Counted from the first letter of the whole stretch, positions 29,768-39,488 are shown. The stretch: 63,919 nucleotides of DNA, filler included, from Collodictyon triciliatum (GCA_043381765.1; 13 parts of 13 records of this genome joined end to end with filler, not necessarily neighbours in it); one strand, 5' to 3'. Program-made: numbers and translations. Notes: a model not told the origin generated them from the sequence alone.

Positions 29768-30673
29768 TAAATTGTCAGTCCTTGAGAATGGAAAAAAAAT
29801 TATTAAAATTAAATTCAAAGAGTCGACAGTATTATAATGATTTTGGAAATTCAGAGACCGAAAAAAAAAAAAAAGGCAAAGGACTTCGGCACCACTGAGC
29901 AATGCAGTTTCAATAATGGTACATTATATGTGGGCGTATTGTAAAATTATTTTGATATTGCAATTATATGGGACATATATAGCTTTCTGTTCATCTAGTC
30001 TACGAATGAAAAGATTTCATAATACGAACAAACCAAGCGCGACACTGGTTTCCTTGAAACATCGTAATAGGGCGAATCGGAGCGTTTGGGATGATGCACT
30101 TAACATCCTTATATTTCATGTTATAATATTTGCAAGAAAGCAGAACGACTTAACAAATATTAAACGTAAACAAACAAAATAGAATTTTTAATCTCCTGTG
30201 GTTTTTTTTTGTGAGTATCATCGTTGCAGTCGATAAGAATAGTTTCTGGGGAGTGATGATATTCGGGTATGGATTAAATTGAGTAGTTCTCATAAGATAT
30301 CATACGACAGTACAGTAGGAAGAAAACCTTGGGTACAATGTCTCGAAGGGTCTCCTCGTATTCTTGTGCGTCCCCACCCAGTCCGTGAAGCCTGACATTA
30401 GTATTATTTCACAATATGCAATTTAATTACCCTTAAACAATACATTCAAAATAAACAGAAGAAAAGAGACAGAGAAAGAGAAAGAGAAAGAGAAAGAGAA
30501 AGAGGAAGAGAAAGAGAAAGAGAAAGAGAAAGAGAAAGAGAAAGAGAAAGAGAAAGAGAAAGAGAAAGAGAAANNNNNNNNNNNNNNNNNNNNNNNNNNN
30601 NNNNNNNNNNNNNNNNNTTAATTAATTAANNNNNNNNNNNNNNNNNNNNNNNNNNNNNNNNNNNNNNNNNNNN

Positions 30674-33600
30674 CAGAATTTGGATGGCCTTTTGGGAAGA
30701 AAATGCAAAAAAATTGCAAAGTTGATGCACGAAATAGAACGAAAACCTTCTCTTCAATATTGCTATGTCGAAGGTGAACTACCAACTAACCCACAATACG
30801 GAGAATTTTTCAATCCAAATCATGGCCATACCCTCGATGATGGGAAAACGCCTTCTTATTCCATATTTGTGCTGCGATGTGCACCCATTAAGAAATCCAG
30901 TGCCACGACGTATGAGTTCTTTCACAAATCGCTCTACGAATTCTTTGCTGCTGAATACATCAAAGATGAAATCAATAGTTCCGATGTGGAGAATCAAGCT
31001 TCTGTCCAACCATCAACTGAAGCTCAAAATGTTGCAACTTTCTCTGAATCCGCGAATTCTATACCTGAAAAATCTGATGCGAAATCACCAAGCACGATGA
31101 TGTCCGATGTTGTTAATTCTGTGATAAAATCAAAAGTGAAGACGAATGTTCTGGATAAAAAGCTTGAGCCTGCCATTCTGCTCAACCTGAGTGAGAAAGT
31201 GAACAGAGACAAAGCCTACAAAGACAATCTGTTTTCAATCATCGAGCAGTCTAAGACAGATGCAAGCAAAGCGCAAGCTGCGTCGAATGCCATCACAATA
31301 CTGAATTATGCTGATATTTCATTCAGCGGCATGGATTTCAGAGGGATTCAAATTCCAGATGCCGACATGTCACAGTCTGTTGCTGATGGTGCTGACTTCA
31401 CTGGTGCCAACTTGGAGGATGTTTTGTTCTATAATGCATGTATTTCGAACTGTGTTTTTGATGATGCAAATATGAAAGGCGTTAATTTTGGTCGTTTGCC
31501 TTTATTTTTGGGACATACAGAAGGTGTCAACAGTGTTTGTAGTATTCAAGGACCGAATGGTGAAAAATGGTTGGCTTCTGGAAGTGAAGATAAAACAATA
31601 CGTATTTGGGATGTACTCACAGGAAACCAAATCAAAACATTAGAGGGTCATAAAGAGCCAGTCATGAGTGTTTGCAGTATTCAAGGACCGAATGGTGAAA
31701 ATTGGCTGGCTTCTGGAAGTGTTGATAAAACAATACGTATTTGGGATGTAATCACAGGAAACCAAATCAATATATTAGAAGGACATACAAGCGCTGTCAT
31801 GAGTGTTTGCAGTATTCAAGGACCGAATGGTGAGAATTGGCTGGCTTCTGGAAGTTATGATGGTACATTACGTATTTGGGATGTAGCAACAGGAAACCAA
31901 ATCAAAACATTAAAAGGACATATAGAAGCTGTGATTAGTATTTGCATTATTAAAGGACCGAATGGTGAACACTGGTTGGCCTCTGGAAGTAGTGATAATA
32001 CAATACGTATTTGGGATGTAGCCACTGGAAACCTAATCAAAATACTTGATTATAAAAGACCTATTAAAAGTGTTTGCAGTATTCAAGGACCGAATGGTGC
32101 AAAGTGGTTGGCCTCTGGAAGTTATGATAAGACAATACGTATTTGGGATGTAACAACAGGAAACCAAATCAAAACATTAGAAGGTCATACAGAACGTGTC
32201 AATAGTGTTTGCAGCATCCAAGGACCGAATGGTGAAACCTGGTTGGCTTCTGGAAGTGAAGATAAAACAGTACGTATTTGGGATGTAGCCACAGGAAACC
32301 AAATCAAATCGTTAGAAGGTCACACAAATTGTGTCAATAGTGTTTGCAGTATTCAAGGACCGAATGGCGAAAATTGGTTGGCTTCTGGGGGTAGGGATCC
32401 CCATACTGGAAGTAGTGATGATACATTACGTATTTGGGATGTAGCGACAGGAAACCAAATCAAATCGTTAGAAGGTCACACAAATTGGGTCACGAGTGTT
32501 TGCAGTATTCAAGGACCGAATGGCGAAAATTGGTTGGCTTCTGGGGGTGATGATAAAACAATACGTATTTGGGATGTATCCACAGGAAACCCAATTAAAA
32601 CATTAAAAGGTCATACAGAGCCAGTCTTCAGTGCTTGCAGTATTCAAGGACCGAATGGTAAACACTGGTTGGCTTCTGGGGGTTGTGATCCCTATGATAT
32701 GAATGGTGATAGAACAATACGTATTTGGGATGTAGCGTCAGGAAACCAAATCAAAAATTTGAAGGGTCATATGAGTGCTGTCAATAGTTTTTGCAGCATT
32801 CAAGGACCGAATGGTGAACACTGGTTGGCTTCTGGAAGTTGGGATGAAACAATACGTATTTGGGATGTAGCGTCAGGAAACCAAATCAAAACATTAGAAG
32901 GTCATATAAGTTCTGTCAGTAGTGTTTGCAGTATTCAAGGACCAAATGGTGAAAAGTGGTTGGCTTCTGGAAGTTATGATAAAACAATATGTATTTGGGA
33001 TGTAGCCGCAGGAAATCAAATTAAAACCCTGGAAGGTCATACAGATGAAGTAAAAAGTGTTTGCAGCATTCAATGGCCGAATGGTGAATGTTGGCTGGCT
33101 TCTGGGAGTGCTGATAAGACAATACGTATTTGGGATGTAGCCACAGGAAACCCAATTAAAACCCTGGAAGGTAATACAAGCGCTGTCATGAGTGTTTGCA
33201 GCATTCAATGGCCGAATGGTGAAAACTGGTTGGCTTCGGGAAGTAGTAGTCCCGATGGAATAAGCAATGATAAAACTATACTAATTTGGGATATAATCAC
33301 AGGAAACCAAATCAAAACATGTGAAGGTCATACAGAAGGTGTCATTAGTGTTTGCAGTATTCAAGGACCAAATGGTGAAAAATGGTTGGCCTCTGGGAGT
33401 AATGATAAAACAATACGTATTTGGGATGTAGCCACAGGAAACCAAAAACAAAATTCTCAAAAACCAGAAGTGACCTACAATGAAAAGAGCCAATTGGTCA
33501 TGAAAGATAAACCAGAAGAATTCATTGCAATAATCAATAGTACAAGTGATGTGATGAATGTGATTGATACAAACAGAATAATGAATGTGAGAACTGTTCG

Positions 33601-35089
33601 AATTATCGGCCCAAGAACACTTGAAGCTGTAAATACTCGTATCAATAGAGCTGAAATGGGTGCAATGAACAAGAAACTATTCCTGCAAGAAGGTGCTGCT
33701 TCCTTTGATGCGGACTTTGCTGCCTATTGTGAGCAGGGAAAGTTCACAAAGTTCCAGGCTGAAATGATGGCTGAATGCTATGAGAATGGATGGATTGTTG
33801 AGAAGGACACTGAAAAGGCGTGCTACTGGAGAGTTGTCGCTCCTTTGAAATCATCATTAGACTTTAATGGATTAAAACAACTCGCACAACAATGTTCAAA
33901 GGAGGCATTCAATGTTTTGAAAGAAATGGCTGAAATCAAATATAGACGTGAATACAAATATCCACAGGCTGTGTCTATTGTTGCTGAATGCTATGAAAAT
34001 GGATGGGGTGTTGAGAAGGACACTGCATCATATCTTAAATGGGAAATATTTGGTGGAAAAGCTGAAAACCTTAACAAACTGAAGCAACTCGCACAACAAG
34101 GCTCAAAAGAGGCATTCAATGTTTTGAAAGAAATGACTGAAATGAAGGATATATACGATAAATACAAATATCCGCAGGCTGTTTCTATTGTTGCTGAATG
34201 CTATGAAAATGGATGGGGTGTTGAAAAGGACACTGAAAGAGCTATCGAGTGGCTTGGAAAGGCTGAAAACTTTGACAAATTGAAGCAACTCGCACAGCAG
34301 GGCTCAAAAGAGGCATTCAATGTTTTGAAAGAGATGGCTGGTATGAAATATGATTGGAATGAAAAACACAAATATCCACAGGCTGTCTCTATTGTTGCTG
34401 AATGCTATGAAAATGGATGGGGTGTTGAGAAGGACACCGAGAAAGCAGCTGAGTGGAGTCTATTGGCACTAAAAGCAGCTCAAAAAATTGACAAATTGAA
34501 GCAACTCGCACATAAGGGCTCAAAAGAGGCATTCAATGTCTTGAAAGAAATGGCTGAAATGAAATATGAAAATGGAGAATACAAACATACAAAGGCTGTT
34601 TCCATTGTTGCTGAATGCTATGAGAATGGATGGGGTGTTGAAAAGGACACTGAAAGAGCTGCTGAATTGTTTCGAATAGCTGAAAACTTTGAAAAACTGA
34701 ACGAACTCTCACAGCAAGGCTCAAAAGAGGCATTCAATGTCTTGAAAGAAATGGCTGGAATGAAGGATAGATGGGAAAATTACAAATATACGAAGGCTGT
34801 TTCTATTGTTGCTGAATGCTATGAGAATGGATGGGGTGTTGAAAAGGACACTGAAAGAGCTATCGAGTGGCTTGGAAAGGCTGAAAACTTTGACAAATTG
34901 AAGCAACACGCACAAGAAGGCTCAAAGGAGGCATTCAATGTTTTGAAAGAGATGGCTGAAATAAAGGGATATGGAAGATACAAATATCCGCGGGCTGTCT
35001 CTATTGTTGCTGAATGCTATGAGAATGGATGGGGTGTTGAGAAGGACACCGAGAAAGCAGCTGAGTGGAAACAGAAAGCCTCAGCTTAA
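30674..35089 (+). CDS. NLR-like STAND protein, 5' truncated: NACHT C-terminal (winged-helix) region, pentapeptide repeats, 14 WD40, 7 Sel1-like repeats; single exon
   Basis: 1469-aa ORF open from the contig start. YEFFHKSLYEFFAAE (NACHT-associated FxHxSxxEF motif); AASNAITILN..FSGMDFRGIQIPDADMS..ADFTGANL (pentapeptide module typical of NACHT-WD40 proteins); WD40 array; NKKLFLQEGA cap; AECYENGWGVEKD repeats. The P-loop itself is not in the contig. Confidence 0.88.
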   Translation, partial: QNLDGLLGRKCKKIAKLMHEIERKPSLQYCYVEGELPTNPQYGEFFNPNHGHTLDDGKTPSYSIFVLRCAPIKKSSATTYEFFHKSLYEFFAAEYIKDEINSSDVENQASVQPSTEAQNVATFSESANSIPEKSDAKSPSTMMSDVVNSVIKSKVKTNVLDKKLEPAILLNLSEKVNRDKAYKDNLFSIIEQSKTDASKAQAASNAITILNYADISFSGMDFRGIQIPDADMSQSVADGADFTGANLEDVLFYNACISNCVFDDANMKGVNFGRLPLFLGHTEGVNSVCSIQGPNGEKWLASGSEDKTIRIWDVLTGNQIKTLEGHKEPVMSVCSIQGPNGENWLASGSVDKTIRIWDVITGNQINILEGHTSAVMSVCSIQGPNGENWLASGSYDGTLRIWDVATGNQIKTLKGHIEAVISICIIKGPNGEHWLASGSSDNTIRIWDVATGNLIKILDYKRPIKSVCSIQGPNGAKWLASGSYDKTIRIWDVTTGNQIKTLEGHTERVNSVCSIQGPNGETWLASGSEDKTVRIWDVATGNQIKSLEGHTNCVNSVCSIQGPNGENWLASGGRDPHTGSSDDTLRIWDVATGNQIKSLEGHTNWVTSVCSIQGPNGENWLASGGDDKTIRIWDVSTGNPIKTLKGHTEPVFSACSIQGPNGKHWLASGGCDPYDMNGDRTIRIWDVASGNQIKNLKGHMSAVNSFCSIQGPNGEHWLASGSWDETIRIWDVASGNQIKTLEGHISSVSSVCSIQGPNGEKWLASGSYDKTICIWDVAAGNQIKTLEGHTDEVKSVCSIQWPNGECWLASGSADKTIRIWDVATGNPIKTLEGNTSAVMSVCSIQWPNGENWLASGSSSPDGISNDKTILIWDIITGNQIKTCEGHTEGVISVCSIQGPNGEKWLASGSNDKTIRIWDVATGNQKQNSQKPEVTYNEKSQLVMKDKPEEFIAIINSTSDVMNVIDTNRIMNVRTVRIIGPRTLEAVNTRINRAEMGAMNKKLFLQEGAASFDADFAAYCEQGKFTKFQAEMMAECYENGWIVEKDTEKACYWRVVAPLKSSLDFNGLKQLAQQCSKEAFNVLKEMAEIKYRREYKYPQAVSIVAECYENGWGVEKDTASYLKWEIFGGKAENLNKLKQLAQQGSKEAFNVLKEMTEMKDIYDKYKYPQAVSIVAECYENGWGVEKDTERAIEWLGKAENFDKLKQLAQQGSKEAFNVLKEMAGMKYDWNEKHKYPQAVSIVAECYENGWGVEKDTEKAAEWSLLALKAAQKIDKLKQLAHKGSKEAFNVLKEMAEMKYENGEYKHTKAVSIVAECYENGWGVEKDTERAAELFRIAENFEKLNELSQQGSKEAFNVLKEMAGMKDRWENYKYTKAVSIVAECYENGWGVEKDTERAIEWLGKAENFDKLKQHAQEGSKEAFNVLKEMAEIKGYGRYKYPRAVSIVAECYENGWGVEKDTEKAAEWKQKASA
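31511..33446 (+). repeat. Coding tandem array of 14 WD40 units, 135-bp period (156 bp in units 7, 9, 13; one codon shorter at the unit 4/5 junction)
   Basis: GHxxxVxSVCSIQGPNGExWLASGSxDxTIRIWDVATGNQIKTLE repeated with very high DNA identity (GH codons at 31511 and 31646). Confidence 0.97.
33770..35086 (+). repeat. Coding tandem array of 7 Sel1-like units, ~200-215 bp period
   Basis: LKQLAQQGSKEAFNVLKEMAxxK-[variable]-KYPQAVSIVAECYENGWGVEKDTE repeated with high DNA identity. Confidence 0.95.
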
Positions 35090-35399
35090 CAAGGTAATTA
35101 ATTAAATAAATGCATGTTAATAAATGTTCCTTAATTATTTTATATTAGATGGAGGGATTCTCTGTGTTTTTTCAAACAGACCTTCGCCGCTTTTTCCCAG
35201 AAGGACGCTCCATGAAAACAGAATAAAAACTAAAAAAAAATGAAAGCAAAGCTGATCGATTGATGGCCATTTAATCGAATCTTTTATTATTATTTTTTGT
35301 TTTCCGACCACAAATTTGTGTTCTAGTACTCTGGAAAGCATTCATGACTTTATAGCTTCTTTGTTCATATGCTTCGATATTCAACTTCCAAAAAAAAAA

Positions 35400-35685
35400 T
35401 TTCCTTCTTTCGATTTTATGCAAGATGGTGGCATCGTTGGCTTTGGTTCGCTAGCCATCGTTTGCATGGACGCTACTTGGTGGCCGGGTGGCGGAGAAGT
35501 AGTCAGTAACCAGCAATTGCATCCTGCGGTTTGGCCTGTAGCCTGGGTCTTGTGCTTGCATGAGGGAGACAAGGCGAGGTTTGATTTCTTTCTCAGCTTC
35601 TTTCCACATGTCTCTTCTCACGGGGTCTGAGTAGTAGAGAACGTGCAGGTGGCGAAGAAAGCTATTGAGGAAAGAGATTTGTATG
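35400..35685 (-). mobile_element. LINE family A 3' end (ORF2 C-terminus + 3' UTR), runs off contig
   Basis: Closely similar to 52841-53042 and 61494-61642. Encodes ...DPVRRDMWKEAEKEIKPRL...RRMQLLVTDYFSATRPPSSVHANDG*. Confidence 0.9.
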
Positions 35686-36045
35686 NNNNNNNNNNNNNNN
35701 NNNNNNNNNNNNNNNNNNNNNNNNNNNNNTTAATTAATTAANNNNNNNNNNNNNNNNNNNNNNNNNNNNNNNNNNNNNNNNNNNNGCAGCCGGCCGGGTA
35801 GAGTCCCTTCTCCTGCAGCCCCGCTGCTCGCTCCACCGGTCGCGTCCGGTAGTGCTCGTAGACCACATTCTCGTCGTCAAGTTGAGGCACCTCGCGCATG
35901 TGCGTTTCGCTTGCGCTCACCGCACCTGAGCTCGGCTTGGTTCCCTTTCGTGTGGTTTTTGTGCAAAACCAAAGGGCTAATCTAAGTAATAGCAAATACC
36001 AATATACATTTATTGAGGAAAGTCAAGAATTTACAAAATTTTTAA

Positions 36046-36192
36046 TTTTTATTCTTCATTTCAACTTTTGTGCAGGACCGTGAGGATGATGGCTTTGGTT
36101 CGCTAGCCATCGTTTGTATGGATGCTACTTGTCGGCGGAGAAGTAGTCGGTACTCAGGATTGCATCCTACGGTTTGGCCTGTGGCCTGGGTG
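36046..36192 (-). mobile_element. Degenerate LINE family A 3' end
   Basis: Matches the family A 3' end, with small deletions. Confidence 0.85.
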
Positions 36193-36499
36193 TTACAAAG
36201 GGGTGTCTGGGGGCATGGGGGATTTTCCAAGAACGGCAGACGTGGAATAGAGGGGGACGATTCTCTGGGGTGTCTTTTTGTGGGGTCGAAGCTCGGCGTA
36301 GATATGGCATCTCATTCCTCTCTCACGGAAGCACTCTTCTGGTGACGTCATTTTCTTCGAAAGTTGTGGGGTGTGCTCCGTTGTCCGGCGAAGCACACCC
36401 CAGCTGCCCTGGATTGGGTATAACTGAGGGCACAGGAGGAGGGCTCAGGGAATGCGTGATACAGGGCCGGAATCACACACACAGCGCGCCCTGTGGGGT

Positions 36500-37224
36500 T
36501 TGAATCACGTTCGCGCAGGTCAGATGATGTCCCACGCCAGCTGGACTACACCGTCTGCCCCCGGTAAGAAATCAGTGATAGCAAGTTGGTCTGGTGGGCA
36601 ACTCAACTGGTTGATTTGATTGTTGAGTAGCAGAAGTTGGATATGCTGTGGGAGATATTGCACGACACATTCCAACATCTCTCTTCGTTTGCGGTCAGAG
36701 TAGCGAAGAATGCGAGCGTGTTACAACAGGCTGTTCAGGAAGCTGTATTACACGAGGCTCTCAAGCATGGATACATTGATTTCTCGTTCGGGTGAATCAT
36801 TGGAGCGAGAGAATGCACGCACACTCCATAAGGCCCACAGCATATGTCCCAATAAGACTGCCCAGAGTATTCTAGAGTCATGGGTCATTTATTATTGTGC
36901 GCCAAACAGGATGTCAGACGCGCTGAATCGGTTGGGAGCATAATCAAGCTCAGAGAGAATCTTGTGGGTAGCCTCTGTCACTTTTTGAGCAAGAGAGCAC
37001 TTCACAAATGTGTGTTTGATAGAATCATCTCCACTATGTCACATGGTGCATTCTGGAGAGTTACTTGCTGCATGGACTTCGCGCGCACCTATCCACAGCT
37101 CTGTGTTGGAGATATTGATAAGTAGGGCGCGGTGTTTCGGTAGCAGATGAGGTGTACAGACTTGCTTCCAGCTTTTGACTATCGGCGGGTCTATAATGCC
37201 TATAGTTTCGGCCCAACGACTCAT
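36500..37224 (-). mobile_element. Degenerate ORF2 C-terminal region of a second, related LINE family (B)
   Basis: CTM*HSGDDSIKHTFVKC (zf-RVT-like CCHC), WAVLLGHMLWALWSVR and QLAITDFL parallel the family A segments CTLC..ESIEHTFVQC, WAVTRGHLLWTMWIAR and QFLITDYF. Contains stops. Confidence 0.8.
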
Positions 37225-38327
37225 CTTCTACTTTTTTTAATTATTCTGGCTGAAGACCTTATTTTAAAAAACTGCATCTATTTTTTCAAATGAACTTTCT
37301 GTGTTTGTTGTTATCGCATGTTGTCAGTATGAATAGAGAAGCTTGAAATTTCAATAATATGATATATAATACTGCGTGAGGACATCTGTCCTCTTCAGTG
37401 ATGCATTAAATATAAACGAAGTTCTACTGATTAATTTTCATCATATAGAATCAGAATAGTATTTTCTAGAATTTCATAAGATCAAAATTCCTTATTGCTG
37501 AAATAACAGTAGAATACCTGATTATTCTACTGCTATTTCATTGCCATATGTTCTATCTCACCTGCACCAAATTTGAAAAACATCATTTTCTCAACCACAA
37601 GAAAGAAGCTGTCACTGAATGAGTTCTGCAGATCACGATAATGAGCAATACCGAAGACAGAAGTTTAAAAACACCCAAAGACCCGAGGAAATTGTATTCT
37701 GTTTAATGTCCCAATACTATTAATCTAGACTTCATGCTTAAGGAATCCTAATTTATAAGACAAGTTTAGTCGTCTCGTTATAGGTCGCGTGAAAAGCCTG
37801 AAGTTGTGAATAGGCCGCCTTGTTTGCAATCCTGAAAGACTGATGAAATTACATAGCCCCGTAATGTTATGATTTTGTGCTTCTTTGAAATTTGGTGTCA
37901 TTTATTGTCGATTTTTAACGTCAATCAATTGAAGCAAGGTTTTGATGAAAAGCTATTAATATAACAAATCAACCAGTTTAATAGGGGGTTGGCTGTGAAG
38001 TTGTCTTATTACGTCATCTCACTATTCTTGTTGTCGATATTATTTCAGACAAATTGTTCGAAAATGTTTCGGCTGAACTTAAAAAGATATTCCCGTGGGT
38101 ACGAAATCAAGGTATGGAAATAATTTCACACTCAATATCTGCTCTACATGAAAACGAATTTCGGACTATCTTGAAATAAATTAAGAACCATAAAACAACA
38201 ATAGGAACTAGTAGACTATTACAGAGCAAATAGTGAACTTTTCAACCGAAGCATAGTACACAGGCTAACACAATATGCAGAATTATACTGGTTTCCTGAA
38301 AGATTTTTTTTTATTGAAATATCATTG

Positions 38328-39488
38328 ATGAAAAGCTGGAAAGAGAGACCAAGAGCAGGGTTTTTTCACCCTTCCCTTTATGCTAAACACATGAAGTATA
38401 ATGAATGGCCAACAGCTGGGTTGATGCTCGAAAAAAATCCTGGAGTGTATGAAAAGAACGACAGTTACTCACCAAATCTGATGCACGAAGGGGAGCATTG
38501 GATATCCTTGACTGATCAAGCAAGGTTCATATTACATCGCCGAGAGGTATACGCTTCAGATAGAAATTATGTTATTTCTGGTACATGCAAGGATAGAATG
38601 TCTATAATGGGATTCACTGAAGTCAAAATTAGCTCCATAAAGAATACTTGTATAACCACTAGATTTGAGGATACGAAAATGTATCGTGTAATTTTATTAC
38701 CAATAGGAAAATGGGGTCAGGAAAACTATTATCATGTATGGGTCGAATCATTGTTACATTGGTTCACATTACCAGATTTTTTTAGAAGCAGCGATGATGT
38801 TAAAGTACTTATCGATAAGAGAACAGACTTTTCAAGGTATGCCCTCAAAGTTTTTGGCGTAAACGAAAGCCGGATAATTGAGTTCACAAGGGAAAAGAAC
38901 TGCTTTTTAAATTTTAAGGAAATCATCATTCCAACTCTTCCAATATGCATCAAGCCAATTTTGCCGCAAATGCTGCTGATGAGGCATCATTTCGGTGTGA
39001 AAGAATTAAACTTTACTCATTTTTCATTACCTTATAGAAAACCAGCTATAAGTTTTTTACCTTTAAAGGAAAAAGAAAGCAAAAAGATAATGATTGTTCT
39101 ACATCGTCGTCAACAAAGACCTGTGAGAAACACTGACGAGAAGATTTCTGTTCTTGTCGAAAAATATGGAAGTAGATGGGATATAATCTGCTATGAAATT
39201 AGTAAGATGGAAGATTCCATCAGCTTATTCAAGAATGCAAAGCTTATAATTGGTCATCACGGTGCCGGTTTTGTCAACATGTTGTTTTCTACGTCGACCA
39301 GTATAATAGAAATACATGATACAACCCCCATGGCTCCAAAGAGACCACCAGGTATTGTTGACTGCTATGCTGTAATGGCAAGAAAACTGCAATTTCCGTA
39401 TATGGCTATTGAAGGTGACAGGCGATTCTATGATATCCCCAAAGTCATGAGATATGTGGACAAAATGATGGGAATAATAGTGACATAA
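38328..39488 (+). CDS. Glycosyltransferase family 61 (DUF563-like); possible short upstream exon(s)
   Basis: NYYHVWVESL, IIIP, and FKNAKLIIGHHGAGFVNMLFS...IIEI are GT61 signature motifs in a 387-aa uninterrupted ORF. Confidence 0.85.
   Translation: MKSWKERPRAGFFHPSLYAKHMKYNEWPTAGLMLEKNPGVYEKNDSYSPNLMHEGEHWISLTDQARFILHRREVYASDRNYVISGTCKDRMSIMGFTEVKISSIKNTCITTRFEDTKMYRVILLPIGKWGQENYYHVWVESLLHWFTLPDFFRSSDDVKVLIDKRTDFSRYALKVFGVNESRIIEFTREKNCFLNFKEIIIPTLPICIKPILPQMLLMRHHFGVKELNFTHFSLPYRKPAISFLPLKEKESKKIMIVLHRRQQRPVRNTDEKISVLVEKYGSRWDIICYEISKMEDSISLFKNAKLIIGHHGAGFVNMLFSTSTSIIEIHDTTPMAPKRPPGIVDCYAVMARKLQFPYMAIEGDRRFYDIPKVMRYVDKMMGIIVT

Noticed and set aside
31511-33446. CRISPR array or DGR-type adenine mutagenesis explaining the repeat variation
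   Set aside because: The repeats are in-frame protein-coding units with no spacers. Variation is not adenine-specific, there is no template repeat, and the only RT in the window is a LINE RT on another contig.
37825-37895. Hammerhead ribozyme (CTGATGA followed by a small stem)
   Set aside because: The GAAA core does not follow stem II, and stems I and III cannot be formed.
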